In this document: in pieces, positions 1 to 9,379 of the stretch
Layout: the number at the start of each line of letters is the position of its first letter
How positions within the stretch are numbered: the stretch's first letter is position 1
IMG/VR virus record: IMGVR_UViG_2627853856_000004
Span: 37,277-101,276 of that record
Source of the DNA: a virus
Lineage: Duplodnaviria > Caudoviricetes
Direction: 5' to 3' (one strand)
DNA length: 64,000 nucleotides
The notes under the pieces: model-generated
The model's database searches: none
What the model saw: only the letters and a program-made list of their open reading frames with translations
Told to the model about the DNA's origin: nothing
Translations under genes and position numbers: made by a program

Positions 1-4
1 GCGC

Positions 5-469
5 TCAGCCCTGGCCTTGGCTGCTCTTGTCGCGCTTGATCAGCACATAGAACGGAAGGTCGAGCGTCAACCGCTCGATCACCGACATATCACGTTCTAG
101 AATCCTGATACCGCCGAGCGTCGGCAAGAGGCGCTCATCGCCTCGGCCGGCATGGATACCGAGCCCGTCACGGCCCGCATTCCACGCGTCGCGGGCTTGG
201 CCCGATTCCGGCGTCAGGGATATCCAGCGCCGGCCCACGCCGACGACGGGGCGAGGCAGGCGCACGACGCGGGTTCGCATAAACCGCCCCAATGGGGTGT
301 GACCTCGTGGCCTGATCGGGTCGCAGTCGGGATTGTCGGCGCTAGGGGTGCCTTGACCGAGGCAAGGGCAAATGAAAAGCGGAGAGGCGGAGCCGGGAAG
401 AAATAGCGACAGCGCACCCGCCTGGCTGCGATCGTCGGGAAGAACGATCTTGATGCGCGCGCCGGTCAT
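5..469 (-). CDS. L,D-transpeptidase (YkuD/Tlde1)-like protein with catalytic Cys replaced by Gly
   Basis: ATGA overlap with the gemA stop; motifs GHTPLG...GRDGLGIHAG...PTLGGIRI, where the family has HGG...T.GCIR. Confidence 0.5.
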   Translation of the reverse strand: MTGARIKIVLPDDRSQAGALSLFLPGSASPLFICPCLGQGTPSADNPDCDPIRPRGHTPLGRFMRTRVVRLPRPVVGVGRRWISLTPESGQARDAWNAGRDGLGIHAGRGDERLLPTLGGIRILERDMSVIERLTLDLPFYVLIKRDKSSQGQG

Positions 470-1008
470 AGCGCAGCCCTCCGTCGCGCCAGGAGATCGG
501 CAAGCCGATCTTTAAGCAACTCGGTCCGCTCTGCTGCGCTCAGCCCACTAGGAACATCCTGATGCCAGCCATGACGTTCAGCCATAGCCTTCAGTGCCTC
601 GATCAGCCGAAAGCCCTGCGCATGATTGGCCCAGTGCAGCCGATCGACACCGACCTGTCGCTTGCAAAAGGCCTCTAGCGCGCGCTCGGAGGGATCATTG
701 ATAGCGCCGAGCTGATGCAGCGATATCCACATCGCGCGCGCCTTCCGAGCGATAGGATGGCTGGCCGGCCCAGGCCGAGTTGTCGCGCGAACCTGTGATC
801 GAAAACCGAGCCGTTCAAACTCGGCCACTATGGCGACCAGCTGACCAGCATCACACTGACCGGCGCTGCGCTTACCGGTTATCCTCTCCAGTACGGCGCG
901 ATAGTCGTCATCGTCCAGGCCGAGCGCCTTGCTTGCGAGGTGTACCTTGCCCAGAAGTGCGCGACGATCTGGCGCAACACTCGTATTGTGCGACCTGATC
1001 TTAGCCAT
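466..1008 (-). CDS. gemA: Mu GemA/gp16-family regulatory protein (DUF1018)
   Basis: KVHLASKALGLDDDDYRAVLERITGKRSA...KARAMWISLHQLG...LIEALKAM. Confidence 0.85.
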   Translation of the reverse strand: MAKIRSHNTSVAPDRRALLGKVHLASKALGLDDDDYRAVLERITGKRSAGQCDAGQLVAIVAEFERLGFRSQVRATTRPGPASHPIARKARAMWISLHQLGAINDPSERALEAFCKRQVGVDRLHWANHAQGFRLIEALKAMAERHGWHQDVPSGLSAAERTELLKDRLADLLARRRAAL

Positions 1009-1155
1009 TGGACGCCTCCCCGAAAATTTGACGCTGGAGGCCTTTTGGGCCGCTTAGGGGCGTCAGCCCCACAAATGCGGAGCGACCCTCATGGGAAGGC
1101 TTCCCAGCGCCATCGACGATAAGGAAGGCCGCACGCTCTCCAATGTCCTGTGCCA

Positions 1156-2106
1156 TCAGCGGCCTCCCGCACGAAAATTGCGCCGCTTGGCCGCATCGCG
1201 CAGATGCGCGATCGAAATAGGCTGGCCCGCGCCCGAAGCTGTCAGGCTCGCAATCTCCAATATATGGGTCAGTTCACGCAGCGCGCCCGGCAATGCGCCG
1301 ATCTTGCGCAGGAATGTGGCTTGCTCGGCATCGGTGACGCTCCAGGCCGACAGCAGCGCCTCAATATCGCCGGGCAGCGGTTCATATTGAACGTGCCGGT
1401 ATGAGAACCGGCTGCTCACCTGAGCTAGTGCGCTTTTCCGACTGTCGAGCTGGCCGACAACCTTGTCATTGCCAAGCAACGCGACGCCCACCTTCGTGCG
1501 ATCGTGCCAGCCTCGAATTTCGTTGAGCGCCTTGTCGTTGAGCTCTTGGGCTTCGTCGATGATCAGCAGGCCTTTCTTGCCGCTGATGTGCGCTCGAATC
1601 TTTCGCGAGAGCTGTTGCGGGCTGCCGGTGATTTCACCGAGGCCGATTGCCTCGGCGACTTCCGATGCCATAGTCGCAACGCCCGCCGTAGCGGGCGACA
1701 TCGTAGCCAGCCATACGTTCGGATCGGCGTCGGCCAGGCGCTCCGCGACACGGGTTTTGCCGATGCCGGGCGCGGTTACGATCAGCACGATGCGGCCCGT
1801 CTGCGCATATTGAAGCAGGCCAGTAAGTTGCGTCGCCGTCTGCGTCTCATACCAGCTCGGCACCGCAGGCGCTTGAGCGCCGATCTTTGCCTGGACATCA
1901 AGGCGAGCGCGGTAGGCGAGCACTTTGCCCGCGACCTTCTCATTGCTCCCTCGGTAGCTGCCGCTCGCGAAGAGTGAGAGCGTGCTGTCGGCAACGTCGG
2001 TAAGCTTGCCCAAGGCGGGCCAGCTCAGCGTTTCATCTTCCTTGTGCGTGACTAGCCAGGCGCGCGCGCCCTCAATGTCCACGCTGTTGTCGATTACGAT
2101 CTGCAT
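1156..2106 (-). CDS. MuB-like DNA transposition AAA ATPase
   Basis: N-terminal HTH, Walker A APGIGKT, Walker B LLIIDEAQ; lies downstream of the transposase. Confidence 0.88.
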   Translation of the reverse strand: MQIVIDNSVDIEGARAWLVTHKEDETLSWPALGKLTDVADSTLSLFASGSYRGSNEKVAGKVLAYRARLDVQAKIGAQAPAVPSWYETQTATQLTGLLQYAQTGRIVLIVTAPGIGKTRVAERLADADPNVWLATMSPATAGVATMASEVAEAIGLGEITGSPQQLSRKIRAHISGKKGLLIIDEAQELNDKALNEIRGWHDRTKVGVALLGNDKVVGQLDSRKSALAQVSSRFSYRHVQYEPLPGDIEALLSAWSVTDAEQATFLRKIGALPGALRELTHILEIASLTASGAGQPISIAHLRDAAKRRNFRAGGR

Positions 2107-2138
2107 GCTACCTGCTCCTTGCTCCTATGGACGGGAGT

Positions 2139-2174
2139 AAAAGGCCGCGTCGGGGTTGCAGCCCCGGCGCGGCC
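2139..2174 (-). terminator. GC-rich hairpin/putative intrinsic terminator upstream of the MuB-like gene
   Basis: Minus strand GGCCGCGCCGGGG-CTGCAA-CCCCGACGCGGCC followed by TTTT. Confidence 0.45.
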
Positions 2175-2250
2175 GACATCATCGGCGCTATCGCGCGGAT
2201 GAACTGGAAAGCGCCGAACGGCGCGATGTTGAAGAGATCGGCGGGCATGA

Positions 2251-2490
2251 TCAGCCGTCTCTCTTCGAACTGAGCGCGATCGGCGCTCCGTTCGGAACAG
2301 CCTTCAGCAGTTCCGAAACGTCGTCCGGCGAAAGCCCTGCCCGCATTATGTCGGCCGCAATCAAGCGACGATCGGCGAGCAGCTCAGCGGCCAAGTCGCG
2401 GCGATCGTGACGTCGAATCAGCTCCGCGACGGCTTCAAGATAGCCGCTCAACTCCGCGCGCCGTAGAACTTCTGCCATATCGATCAGCAC
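2251..2490 (-). CDS. small hypothetical protein, paralog of its neighbour
   Basis: In operon; shares an AEL.GYL.A motif with 2484-2765; start uncertain. Confidence 0.55.
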   Translation of the reverse strand: MLIDMAEVLRRAELSGYLEAVAELIRRHDRRDLAAELLADRRLIAADIMRAGLSPDDVSELLKAVPNGAPIALSSKRDG

Positions 2491-2765
2491 GGCAGATCTC
2501 CCGCGAGGCGAAGCAGCGCGATATATTTGCCGAGCCGCGCGCGTGCGGCCCACGGCAAGAGGTTCCCGGTCAGATACGATCGCCGCACCATTGCCTCGGG
2601 ATCGACCAGCGATGCCGCCAGGGCGGTCGGGGCTCCACGTCGCAGGAGCGTATCGATCGCGGCGAGGTAGCCCGCCAACTCCGCTGCTTGGGTGCGCGCA
2701 ATATCGCCCGAAAGATCGGCGCTATCGATCAAGATATTATCGTTGGATGTAGTCGGGCCTGCCAT
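2484..2765 (-). CDS. small hypothetical protein
   Basis: ATG 7 nt after the transposase stop; AAELAGYLAAIDTLLRRG. Confidence 0.55.
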   Translation of the reverse strand: MAGPTTSNDNILIDSADLSGDIARTQAAELAGYLAAIDTLLRRGAPTALAASLVDPEAMVRRSYLTGNLLPWAARARLGKYIALLRLAGDLPC

Positions 2766-2772
2766 AAACAGC

Positions 2773-4728
2773 TCAGTCCCCCACCGCGCGCAGCCGAGCG
2801 CCGCGCAGGAGGTTGTCCAGAAATGGCTGTTCAACGCCCGCTTCAACCGGCATTGAAGCGGGCTTCAACGCCGCCGCAGTTTGCCCGCGATGCCGCACAG
2901 GACGAACGACGGATGCGGTCGGCGTGGGAGATGGCTGGCGCGGCTGCGCATATGCCTCTGCGACCTTCTCCGCGACTACGAGATCATGCGCCCGCTCGGC
3001 CTCGCGAAATTTGCGACGCCAATCGGCCTCTTGTTTCGCCCGTCGAGTAGCACCGGCTCGATCGAAGAAACCCGTCGCTTCAATGACGGGCGCTGCACAG
3101 ACATACTCGCCTGTCGTCCGGTAGATGTGGATTTCGCCGTGGAGATTGTCGGGATCGAACCGAACCGTGACCTTCTTGCCGGCGAAATTGTGTAATTCCG
3201 GCGTCCAGTAGCGGTTTCCATCGAGGGTGACGGCTCCATTATGACGGTCGCAACTACGATCCTCGGCGACAAGAAGGGCCAGGCGCATCTGTTCGGCCGT
3301 CGCCTTTCCAATCGGCGCGGTTTCATAGGAAGCCGAGAAAGCTGCATCGAAGCTCGCGCCGTTCGCTGCCTCGCTTCTACGACCGGCGCGCGCGTTCAGT
3401 GCTGCGACGCGACGCCGGACATGCTCGGCAAATTCGTCGAGCGGAATGGCGCGCTCACGGTAATTTTCCGGCTTCGCATCGGGTTTGTTGCCAGTGTAAG
3501 CGCCGGACATCGCGGGATGCTTGGCGATGTCGTCGCACATATCACGCCAGGCGCGCTCAATCGGCTTCGAAGATCCGCGATACGGCAGCGCCCAATGGAT
3601 ACGAATGCCCAACGCGGTCAGCACGCCGGTCGGATCGGTATCCTTGATCTTAAACCTATAGCGGGATTTCGCGCCGCCAGTGATCGCCTTCGATGCGAAG
3701 GCGCGCCCATTGTCGAGCACACATTCGAGGGGAATGCCCCAGTCGTCAAACAAGTCGGCGAAGGCAAGGCGGGTCAACAACGTGTTTTCGGTCTCACCGA
3801 TCCGCCACGCCAGCAGCTTGCGGCTATAGATATCCTGGATGCCGACCATGACCGGCCGACCAACCCGGCCATCGGGCCAGCGAACGAACACATCGAACAT
3901 ATGGCCGTCGATATTGACGGCCTTCATCGCGTGAAGGTCTTTGACGGTCCGCGATTGCGCCGGGACAGAGCGACGTAGTGCCTCCCGTCCATTCCGCTTC
4001 GCGATCTTCAGCGACCGCTCAACCTCTTTCTCTAGCCGGCGCTGGAGGGTGCGCGGGTGCGGCAGCTCCATGCCACGCGGTGCGGCATAGTCCTCCAAAA
4101 GCCTGTAATAGCAGGACGCGAAGGTCGGCTGCTCAGGCCGAAGATAATCGGACTTGAGTATCTGCCACGCGTTGGCGTCGATCTCGACTTCTTTGCCGCC
4201 GCCAACGCGTCGCGGAGCGAGAAAGGGCAGCCGATCACTGAGCGCAACCGATTTGATCTCGGCGAACCAGTTGTGAATCGTGGCGGGCGAACCGCCCCAT
4301 CGAACAATAGCCTCGCGGATCGCAATCGTTTTGGTTGCGCCGCTTTCAACAGCCCGTTCGATGTCGAGAATGATCGCAAGACGGCGCTCGGCCTCTGCCT
4401 TTACGCCTTCCGATTGCCGCGCAAACCAGTCCCATGCCTGCTCGACCTGGGGCGCATCGTTGGCAGCATCGGGCATGGAAGAAAGCGCGAGCTTCGTTTC
4501 CAGCGCTTGGCGCGCTGGTGCCGGCAGAAGATCAATGTGATATTCGAGCCCGCCACCGCGCCCCACGCGCTTCCGCGCGAGCGGAAGCCCGTAATCGCCA
4601 CGGCGGACCGCCCAGCGCTCAACCGCGGCTAGATCAGATACCTGCCGCTTGTTCCGCGGCAAGCCCGGAAGGCTCAGCTCGGCCAGTTCGGCGGCTGAGA
4701 GCCATTCAACGGACGGCGCGGCGCTCAA
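2773..4728 (-). CDS. Mu-like DDE transposase
   Basis: N-terminal Mu DNA-binding domain (WLSAAELA..GLP...GRGGGLEYH), NIDGH, LDNGRAF, KPIERAW, C-terminal VRFDPDNL. Confidence 0.93.
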   Translation of the reverse strand: MSAAPSVEWLSAAELAELSLPGLPRNKRQVSDLAAVERWAVRRGDYGLPLARKRVGRGGGLEYHIDLLPAPARQALETKLALSSMPDAANDAPQVEQAWDWFARQSEGVKAEAERRLAIILDIERAVESGATKTIAIREAIVRWGGSPATIHNWFAEIKSVALSDRLPFLAPRRVGGGKEVEIDANAWQILKSDYLRPEQPTFASCYYRLLEDYAAPRGMELPHPRTLQRRLEKEVERSLKIAKRNGREALRRSVPAQSRTVKDLHAMKAVNIDGHMFDVFVRWPDGRVGRPVMVGIQDIYSRKLLAWRIGETENTLLTRLAFADLFDDWGIPLECVLDNGRAFASKAITGGAKSRYRFKIKDTDPTGVLTALGIRIHWALPYRGSSKPIERAWRDMCDDIAKHPAMSGAYTGNKPDAKPENYRERAIPLDEFAEHVRRRVAALNARAGRRSEAANGASFDAAFSASYETAPIGKATAEQMRLALLVAEDRSCDRHNGAVTLDGNRYWTPELHNFAGKKVTVRFDPDNLHGEIHIYRTTGEYVCAAPVIEATGFFDRAGATRRAKQEADWRRKFREAERAHDLVVAEKVAEAYAQPRQPSPTPTASVVRPVRHRGQTAAALKPASMPVEAGVEQPFLDNLLRGARLRAVGD

Positions 4729-5654
4729 CGCTGCGCCTCCTCGTCGAGCAATCGCCGCAGCTCGGCTTTCATGCCCGGTGTCATGCTCTTGACCAGCTCG
4801 ACGGTCGCCAGTCGCTTGCGCCTGAGATCGAGCCGATCCCAGTTCATGAAGAACCGCTGATAAAAGGCGTTCGCTTCGACGGCTTCCGTTCGCGTGGCCT
4901 TGCTCGTGCTGATGCCGAGCTGCACCATTGCCGCATCCACCGAAGCGAAATCCGGGTCAGCCAGGATGATCTCGATCACCTGGCGTCGGCCATCTTCGCC
5001 GACGATGCTGGCGATCTTCGCCATGTTCGTGAGCTGCTCGCCGAGCCGGTGAGTGTTCAGGGCTTCGGCAAGGTCAAGAAACGGCTCGGCGATCCTACGA
5101 TAAATCACGCGATAATGGCGCAACGACCGCTCGGAAATTCCCGCCCTCTCGGCGGCAATGGCATCCCATTTTGATGCTACGGCAATCGTGGCCGTAGCAT
5201 CGTGAGGGAACGCATCGGCGTTCCAACGGGCTCTGGCACCACGCGTCTGGCGGCTTTCTCCAGCCCGATCGCCGTACTGTTCAGCTTCGGCGATCTTCGC
5301 CAGCTCATTCAAAAAAATTGCGCGCTCAATCGGCCGCAACTCACGGTGATCAATATTCTCCGACAGTTCGAGGCGGCGCAACTCGACAGCGGCAGTGCTG
5401 CTGTCCGCAATTTGGATAGCGTCGATAGCGCTCAAGCCTGCCAATTCGGCACCGCGTAACCGGTGAAGACCAGCAACGAGCGTCCAGGCCAGCGCGGCAC
5501 GATTGCCATTGCGGCGAACGTGAATGGGATCGTGCTGACCCTCGGCGGCCATGCTGGCCCCGAGCCGCGCTGCGTGATCCGCGTGGTAGAATCCTACGCG
5601 CTCACCGACAGCTATGTTGGCAAGCGGCAATCGCAAGATGGCGCGCGCGGTCAT
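4725..5654 (-). CDS. ParB N-terminal domain protein
   Basis: GQHDPIHVR...LVAGLHRL...ELSENIDHRELRPIERA; start inferred from an ATGA overlap at 5651-5654. Confidence 0.8.
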   Translation of the reverse strand: MTARAILRLPLANIAVGERVGFYHADHAARLGASMAAEGQHDPIHVRRNGNRAALAWTLVAGLHRLRGAELAGLSAIDAIQIADSSTAAVELRRLELSENIDHRELRPIERAIFLNELAKIAEAEQYGDRAGESRQTRGARARWNADAFPHDATATIAVASKWDAIAAERAGISERSLRHYRVIYRRIAEPFLDLAEALNTHRLGEQLTNMAKIASIVGEDGRRQVIEIILADPDFASVDAAMVQLGISTSKATRTEAVEANAFYQRFFMNWDRLDLRRKRLATVELVKSMTPGMKAELRRLLDEEAQR

Positions 5655-6157
5655 GGCTGTGCTCGCCAGAACTGATCGAGCGCAATCCAGAACCGATGAA
5701 TCGACGATTTTGGAGGAACACGCCCTGGCCCGAACTGAGCAGCAAGCATTTCCTGAAGGCGACGCACCGGCATCTCGCGGTGCCAGCTGATCAACGCCCG
5801 GCGCACCTCCTGATCCGGCCAGAAATGGGGCTTCTTTACGATGAGATGCCACGCCGCTTCGACAGCCTCGACCCTCCGGCGCGACAGTTGATTAACTGCG
5901 CTGGAATCGAGCGACCGGAGCCCCATCACGATATATGCGATGTCGGCTCCGGTAGTGGCGATTGCGCGGAGATAGTCTGCATCGGGCGAACGTCGCCCGG
6001 CCTCATATGCGAGCTGCGAATTAAGGCTCTGACCGCCCAGCGCGGCTAAAGCGACCGGTGCAAAGCCCAGACGCTCGCGCTCCAGACGCAGCCGATCGCC
6101 TCCCGCCCGTCGGGCCTCAACCATTCTGGCCGCATGGCTCGCCCCCGCGCTCGCCAT
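5651..6157 (-). CDS. XRE HTH regulator with an extra C-terminal domain
   Basis: RLRLERERLG...YEAGRRSPDADYL...GADIAYIVMG. Confidence 0.75.
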   Translation of the reverse strand: MASAGASHAARMVEARRAGGDRLRLERERLGFAPVALAALGGQSLNSQLAYEAGRRSPDADYLRAIATTGADIAYIVMGLRSLDSSAVNQLSRRRVEAVEAAWHLIVKKPHFWPDQEVRRALISWHREMPVRRLQEMLAAQFGPGRVPPKSSIHRFWIALDQFWRAQP

Positions 6158-6402
6158 TAGTTCGCCTTTGCGATCCGCATGGCTTCCGACAACGGCGTGT
6201 TGTCGGCGACAATTATTCCGTCCTTGAGGCCGAGAATGACCGCGACTTTATGCGCATCCCCGCGTGCACCCTTCAGCTTGCCCGAAAGAACGCCACGCAC
6301 GACCGGAACCGGCACGTCGAGCTCTCCGGCTACATCTACGGCAGTCTTTCCAATTCGCGCCAAACGGTCGCGAACCTCTTCCACTTGGAGTAAACTTGCC
6401 AT
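6157..6402 (-). CDS. BcepMu gp16-family (Ner/Cro-like) DNA-binding protein
   Basis: VRGVLSGKLKGARGDAHKVAVILGLK; divergent from the repressor. Confidence 0.8.
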   Translation of the reverse strand: MASLLQVEEVRDRLARIGKTAVDVAGELDVPVPVVRGVLSGKLKGARGDAHKVAVILGLKDGIIVADNTPLSEAMRIAKAN

Positions 6403-6416
6403 AACGTAACTGCTCC

Positions 6417-7145
6417 ATGGTTCGGATATCAGCACTATGGTGGCGAAATCAGAACCATGCAAGCGAAAGTGAGCAAACATTGTCTATTGGGGCGCGTCTG
6501 AAGGCAGAGCGATTGAGGCTTGGGCTCAGCCAGACCTATTTTGCTCAGATAGCCGGTGCATCAAAGAGTGCTCAGATTAGCTGGGAGAAGGATGAATCGT
6601 CGCCTACCGCGAAGGCATTGGTGTCGTTTCGCGAGGTGGGGGCCGACATCCCGTTTATATTATTTGGCGAACGCCGATCGGGGCAATCGGCGGAAGTCGA
6701 TTCGCATTATGCAGCCAAGGTTCACGAACTAAAGGACCAAGTCGTCAATCCTGGCAAATATATGGCCGATGATGCGCTATCGCAGGCCGCCTCTTTCCAC
6801 ATTGTCCAGCGAGCTGCGGACGCCCTGGGACGCATAGCAACTTCGACCGACCCGCTAATCAGCGATCAAACCAAAGCGCTGGCTGACGATATCCTCCGCA
6901 TTCATTGTAATGACGCAGCTGCGGCAGAGCGGCGGTCTGCCCGGTATGCAGCTGTCGTCGCAGATCGTAATCGTGCGGAGCACGATCTCCGGGATGCGCT
7001 AGGAGGCGTTGGGCTGAAAATTGGTCCTGACTTAAATCAAGCCTTACTGACGTTAATCGTGGATTATCGGATTGATGCTCGGGAGATACTTGGCCTTCTT
7101 CAAGCGTTGAAACTAGAATTAAAGGCTAACGCCGATGCTGCCTGA
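6417..7145 (+). CDS. XRE-family repressor of the Mu-like element
   Basis: IGARLKAERLRLGLSQTYFAQIAG...WEKDESSP; start uncertain. Confidence 0.8.
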   Translation: MVRISALWWRNQNHASESEQTLSIGARLKAERLRLGLSQTYFAQIAGASKSAQISWEKDESSPTAKALVSFREVGADIPFILFGERRSGQSAEVDSHYAAKVHELKDQVVNPGKYMADDALSQAASFHIVQRAADALGRIATSTDPLISDQTKALADDILRIHCNDAAAAERRSARYAAVVADRNRAEHDLRDALGGVGLKIGPDLNQALLTLIVDYRIDAREILGLLQALKLELKANADAA

Positions 7146-7512
7146 TGGTGTCACCTTGGCCGACATTGCTGCCGATCTTAGTAAGCCCGAACGGTATGTC
7201 CGGCTTGCCCTCGCGAACATGCTTGCCGCCGAGAAGGAGCATGGCCCGCTTGCTCTCCGCATTGGGAAAATGGGTACGGGGCAAATACCCCACTATCGGC
7301 TCGATACCGTCAGCGAAATCGAATTACTCGATGCGTCGCTCACTCATCATTTCCCGGTGCAATCCTTTAACGGTCGAAACCATTTGGCGTTGGTTACCGA
7401 AGGTGAGGAGTCGGATATCCTCCGCGAAGAGCATTGGAGCCAAGGCAAAATGACCTGCTTAGAGCTTGCTGAATTGCTTGGTCAGATCCGAGCCAAGGGG
7501 AGACGAAGATAG
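7135..7512 (+). CDS. hypothetical accessory protein
   Basis: 125 aa ORF overlapping the repressor stop; lower GC. Confidence 0.6.
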   Translation: MLPDGVTLADIAADLSKPERYVRLALANMLAAEKEHGPLALRIGKMGTGQIPHYRLDTVSEIELLDASLTHHFPVQSFNGRNHLALVTEGEESDILREEHWSQGKMTCLELAELLGQIRAKGRRR

Positions 7513-7630
7513 AAACCGTTGCGATCTGGCGTTCATCCGCTATATTATTTTGGTCATTCGGCAGCTCCGCCGCGTCGATCTAATTTGGCCTGGGATGACA
7601 CGGGCCCGAAGAAAGACGAAATAGGCAAAT

Positions 7631-7660
7631 CAGGCCCCGCTTTGGCGGGGCCTTTTTATT
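7631..7660 (+). terminator. intrinsic terminator
   Basis: AGGCCCCGC-TTTG-GCGGGGCCT followed by TTTTATT. Confidence 0.7.
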
Positions 7661-7738
7661 CGGATATTCTCAATCAACCCGTTAAGCTATCGCGTGCCGG
7701 TCTGACAGCCGCGCGAGACGATTTGAACGAGGTGAGAG

Positions 7739-8041
7739 ATGCGCGAGACAAAAGAACACCGAAGCGATGGCGATCTGCTGAGCGACGCAACGGCTCGCCT
7801 ACATCACGCGACTGGCGGACTCAATTTTCACTTGGAGATGTTTGGTAACGAGTTGGCTAAGCGCGAGGGTTATCGCGAGTACAAGGCCATGGACGCCATT
7901 CATTTTTACCTGATGACCAAGCATGGTTGGCTACCGCGTGATATCCGATCGATGTCATTCGACGATTTGCGCTTCGCCCTAGGCGAGGAAATGGCTGGCT
8001 GGACGCTTCCGCACAACCTGCGCAATAGTTATCCGGGATAA
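7739..8041 (+). CDS. hypothetical accessory protein
   Basis: 100 aa with a GAGGTGA RBS. Confidence 0.65.
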   Translation: MRETKEHRSDGDLLSDATARLHHATGGLNFHLEMFGNELAKREGYREYKAMDAIHFYLMTKHGWLPRDIRSMSFDDLRFALGEEMAGWTLPHNLRNSYPG

Positions 8042-8392
8042 ATCTAAAACAGCGCCAGCGACCGCGAGGCGTTCAGGTCGCTGGCGGACAATCTGCGGCC
8101 GACCGTCTTCGTGGCTTGCCGTTGCCGCTGATTGGCAGAAATTCCCTCCCAGTTTCGCTAATGCCCGACCGTGCTGCATCGTGGCTACGCTCGCGGCAGA
8201 ACGTTTATTACGTTGGGTTTTAAAGATTTCCCGCCGCCCAGCTCACCGCATTTCGGTTCAGCCAAGTTAATTATAGGATTCTGGAGAGCTGGAAGCCAAA
8301 AGCCGGTCGTTGAAAGCCAGTTGAAAGCGCAGTTTTCCGCCATTAAGAGGTCTTTCAAAGGTCGCGGGCGGCAAGCCTCTTAGAACGCGCAA

Positions 8393-8589
8393 ACTCCAGC
8401 TTCTCTTGTCAAAATCGCGCGGATTCTGCCTTTGACTCCAGACACAGCATTTAACGGCAGATTTTGCCGGTAGTGCCGTACAGGATGCCTGATATGCCCG
8501 AATTACGGGGCGATTTTCGCCGACCCAGTTTGACCCCGCATACCCCGGCATGCCCCGGATTAGAGTCTAGATTCTCTTGTCATCTCACA
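8393..8589. repeat. Mu-like end with repeated putative transposase-binding sites
   Basis: TTCTCTTGTCA at 8401-8411 and 8572-8582; terminal CA at 8588-8589. Confidence 0.6.
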
Positions 8590-9326
8590 GCGGACGCCGG
8601 CGTGCCGCCGGCGGCGCCGGTTTGTTTGGCGAGCGCACCGCCTGCGGCGGCCGCCTTCGGCTTGCGCTCGCGCAGGGCTTGGACGAGCGCTGCCGGCGCA
8701 TCGACGGGGTCGATATCATGCTGCCCGCCCCGCCAGCGATAGCGGCCCTCGCTGCCATCCTCGCGATACAGCACGGACGGGGGCGCGACGATGTAGCCGC
8801 CCTTTCCGCGCACATCGACATGCCGCGGCAAATTGCCCCGGTTGATGATCGGGTCGCCTTCGGGCTGCCGATAGATGACATGCACCCCGTCAGACTGGGT
8901 TATTGAGGTGAGCGATACGGGCAGTTCGCAGCCGATCTGCTCTTCGGTCGCCGCCTTCAGGCTGATCAGGTCGAATATCTCGCCGGTCGACTCATCGACG
9001 CGCGGATCGAAGTCGAGCGCGAACCACTTATTGCCGCCCATCGCCAGGCCGATCATCGCCTGCGGATGCTGGCGCCACCAGGCGCGAATGCGCCCCTCAT
9101 CGGTGGTCGCGTCGTTACAGCCTTTCCCGGTATAGGGCGACTTGGCCTTGTACAGCTTCGGCTTCGGCCCATCGGCGGTCTGCACCGTCAGCGTCTCGTC
9201 GCGCTCACGGCATGGGAACACCTTCCATCCCCGCCGCGCATAACGCAGCGCCGCCGTACACATCGGCGACGGCAGCTGCTCCACAACACCCATCGAAAAC
9301 ACCCCGCCCCTTGAGATACGCTGCAA
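8580..9326 (-). pseudogene. bifunctional DNA primase/polymerase, C-terminally truncated by the Mu-like insertion
   Basis: GWKVFPC...DATTD..IRAWW...ALDFD...GVHVIY...VDVRGKGGYIVAPPS; last codons GTG AGA TGA come from the transposon end. Confidence 0.8.
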
Positions 9327-9379
9327 TCAGGCCGTCTTTCCGGCTGTCACGCCCCTGCGCGGGCGTTGGCGGCAATCGG

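Larger units (their letters stand above)
1..8589 (-). mobile_element. Mu-like transposable phage/mini-Mu, repressor-proximal end (other end outside window)
   Basis: Repressor divergent from gp16-like, HTH, ParB-like, DDE transposase, AAA ATPase and GemA genes. Terminal ...CATCTCACA at 8589 (TGTGAGATG on minus strand) interrupts a prim-pol gene. Confidence 0.85.

Noticed and set aside
140-258. Nested inverted repeats suggesting an ncRNA
   Set aside because: They lie inside a plausible CDS coupled to gemA, and imperfect pairing is expected at this GC content.
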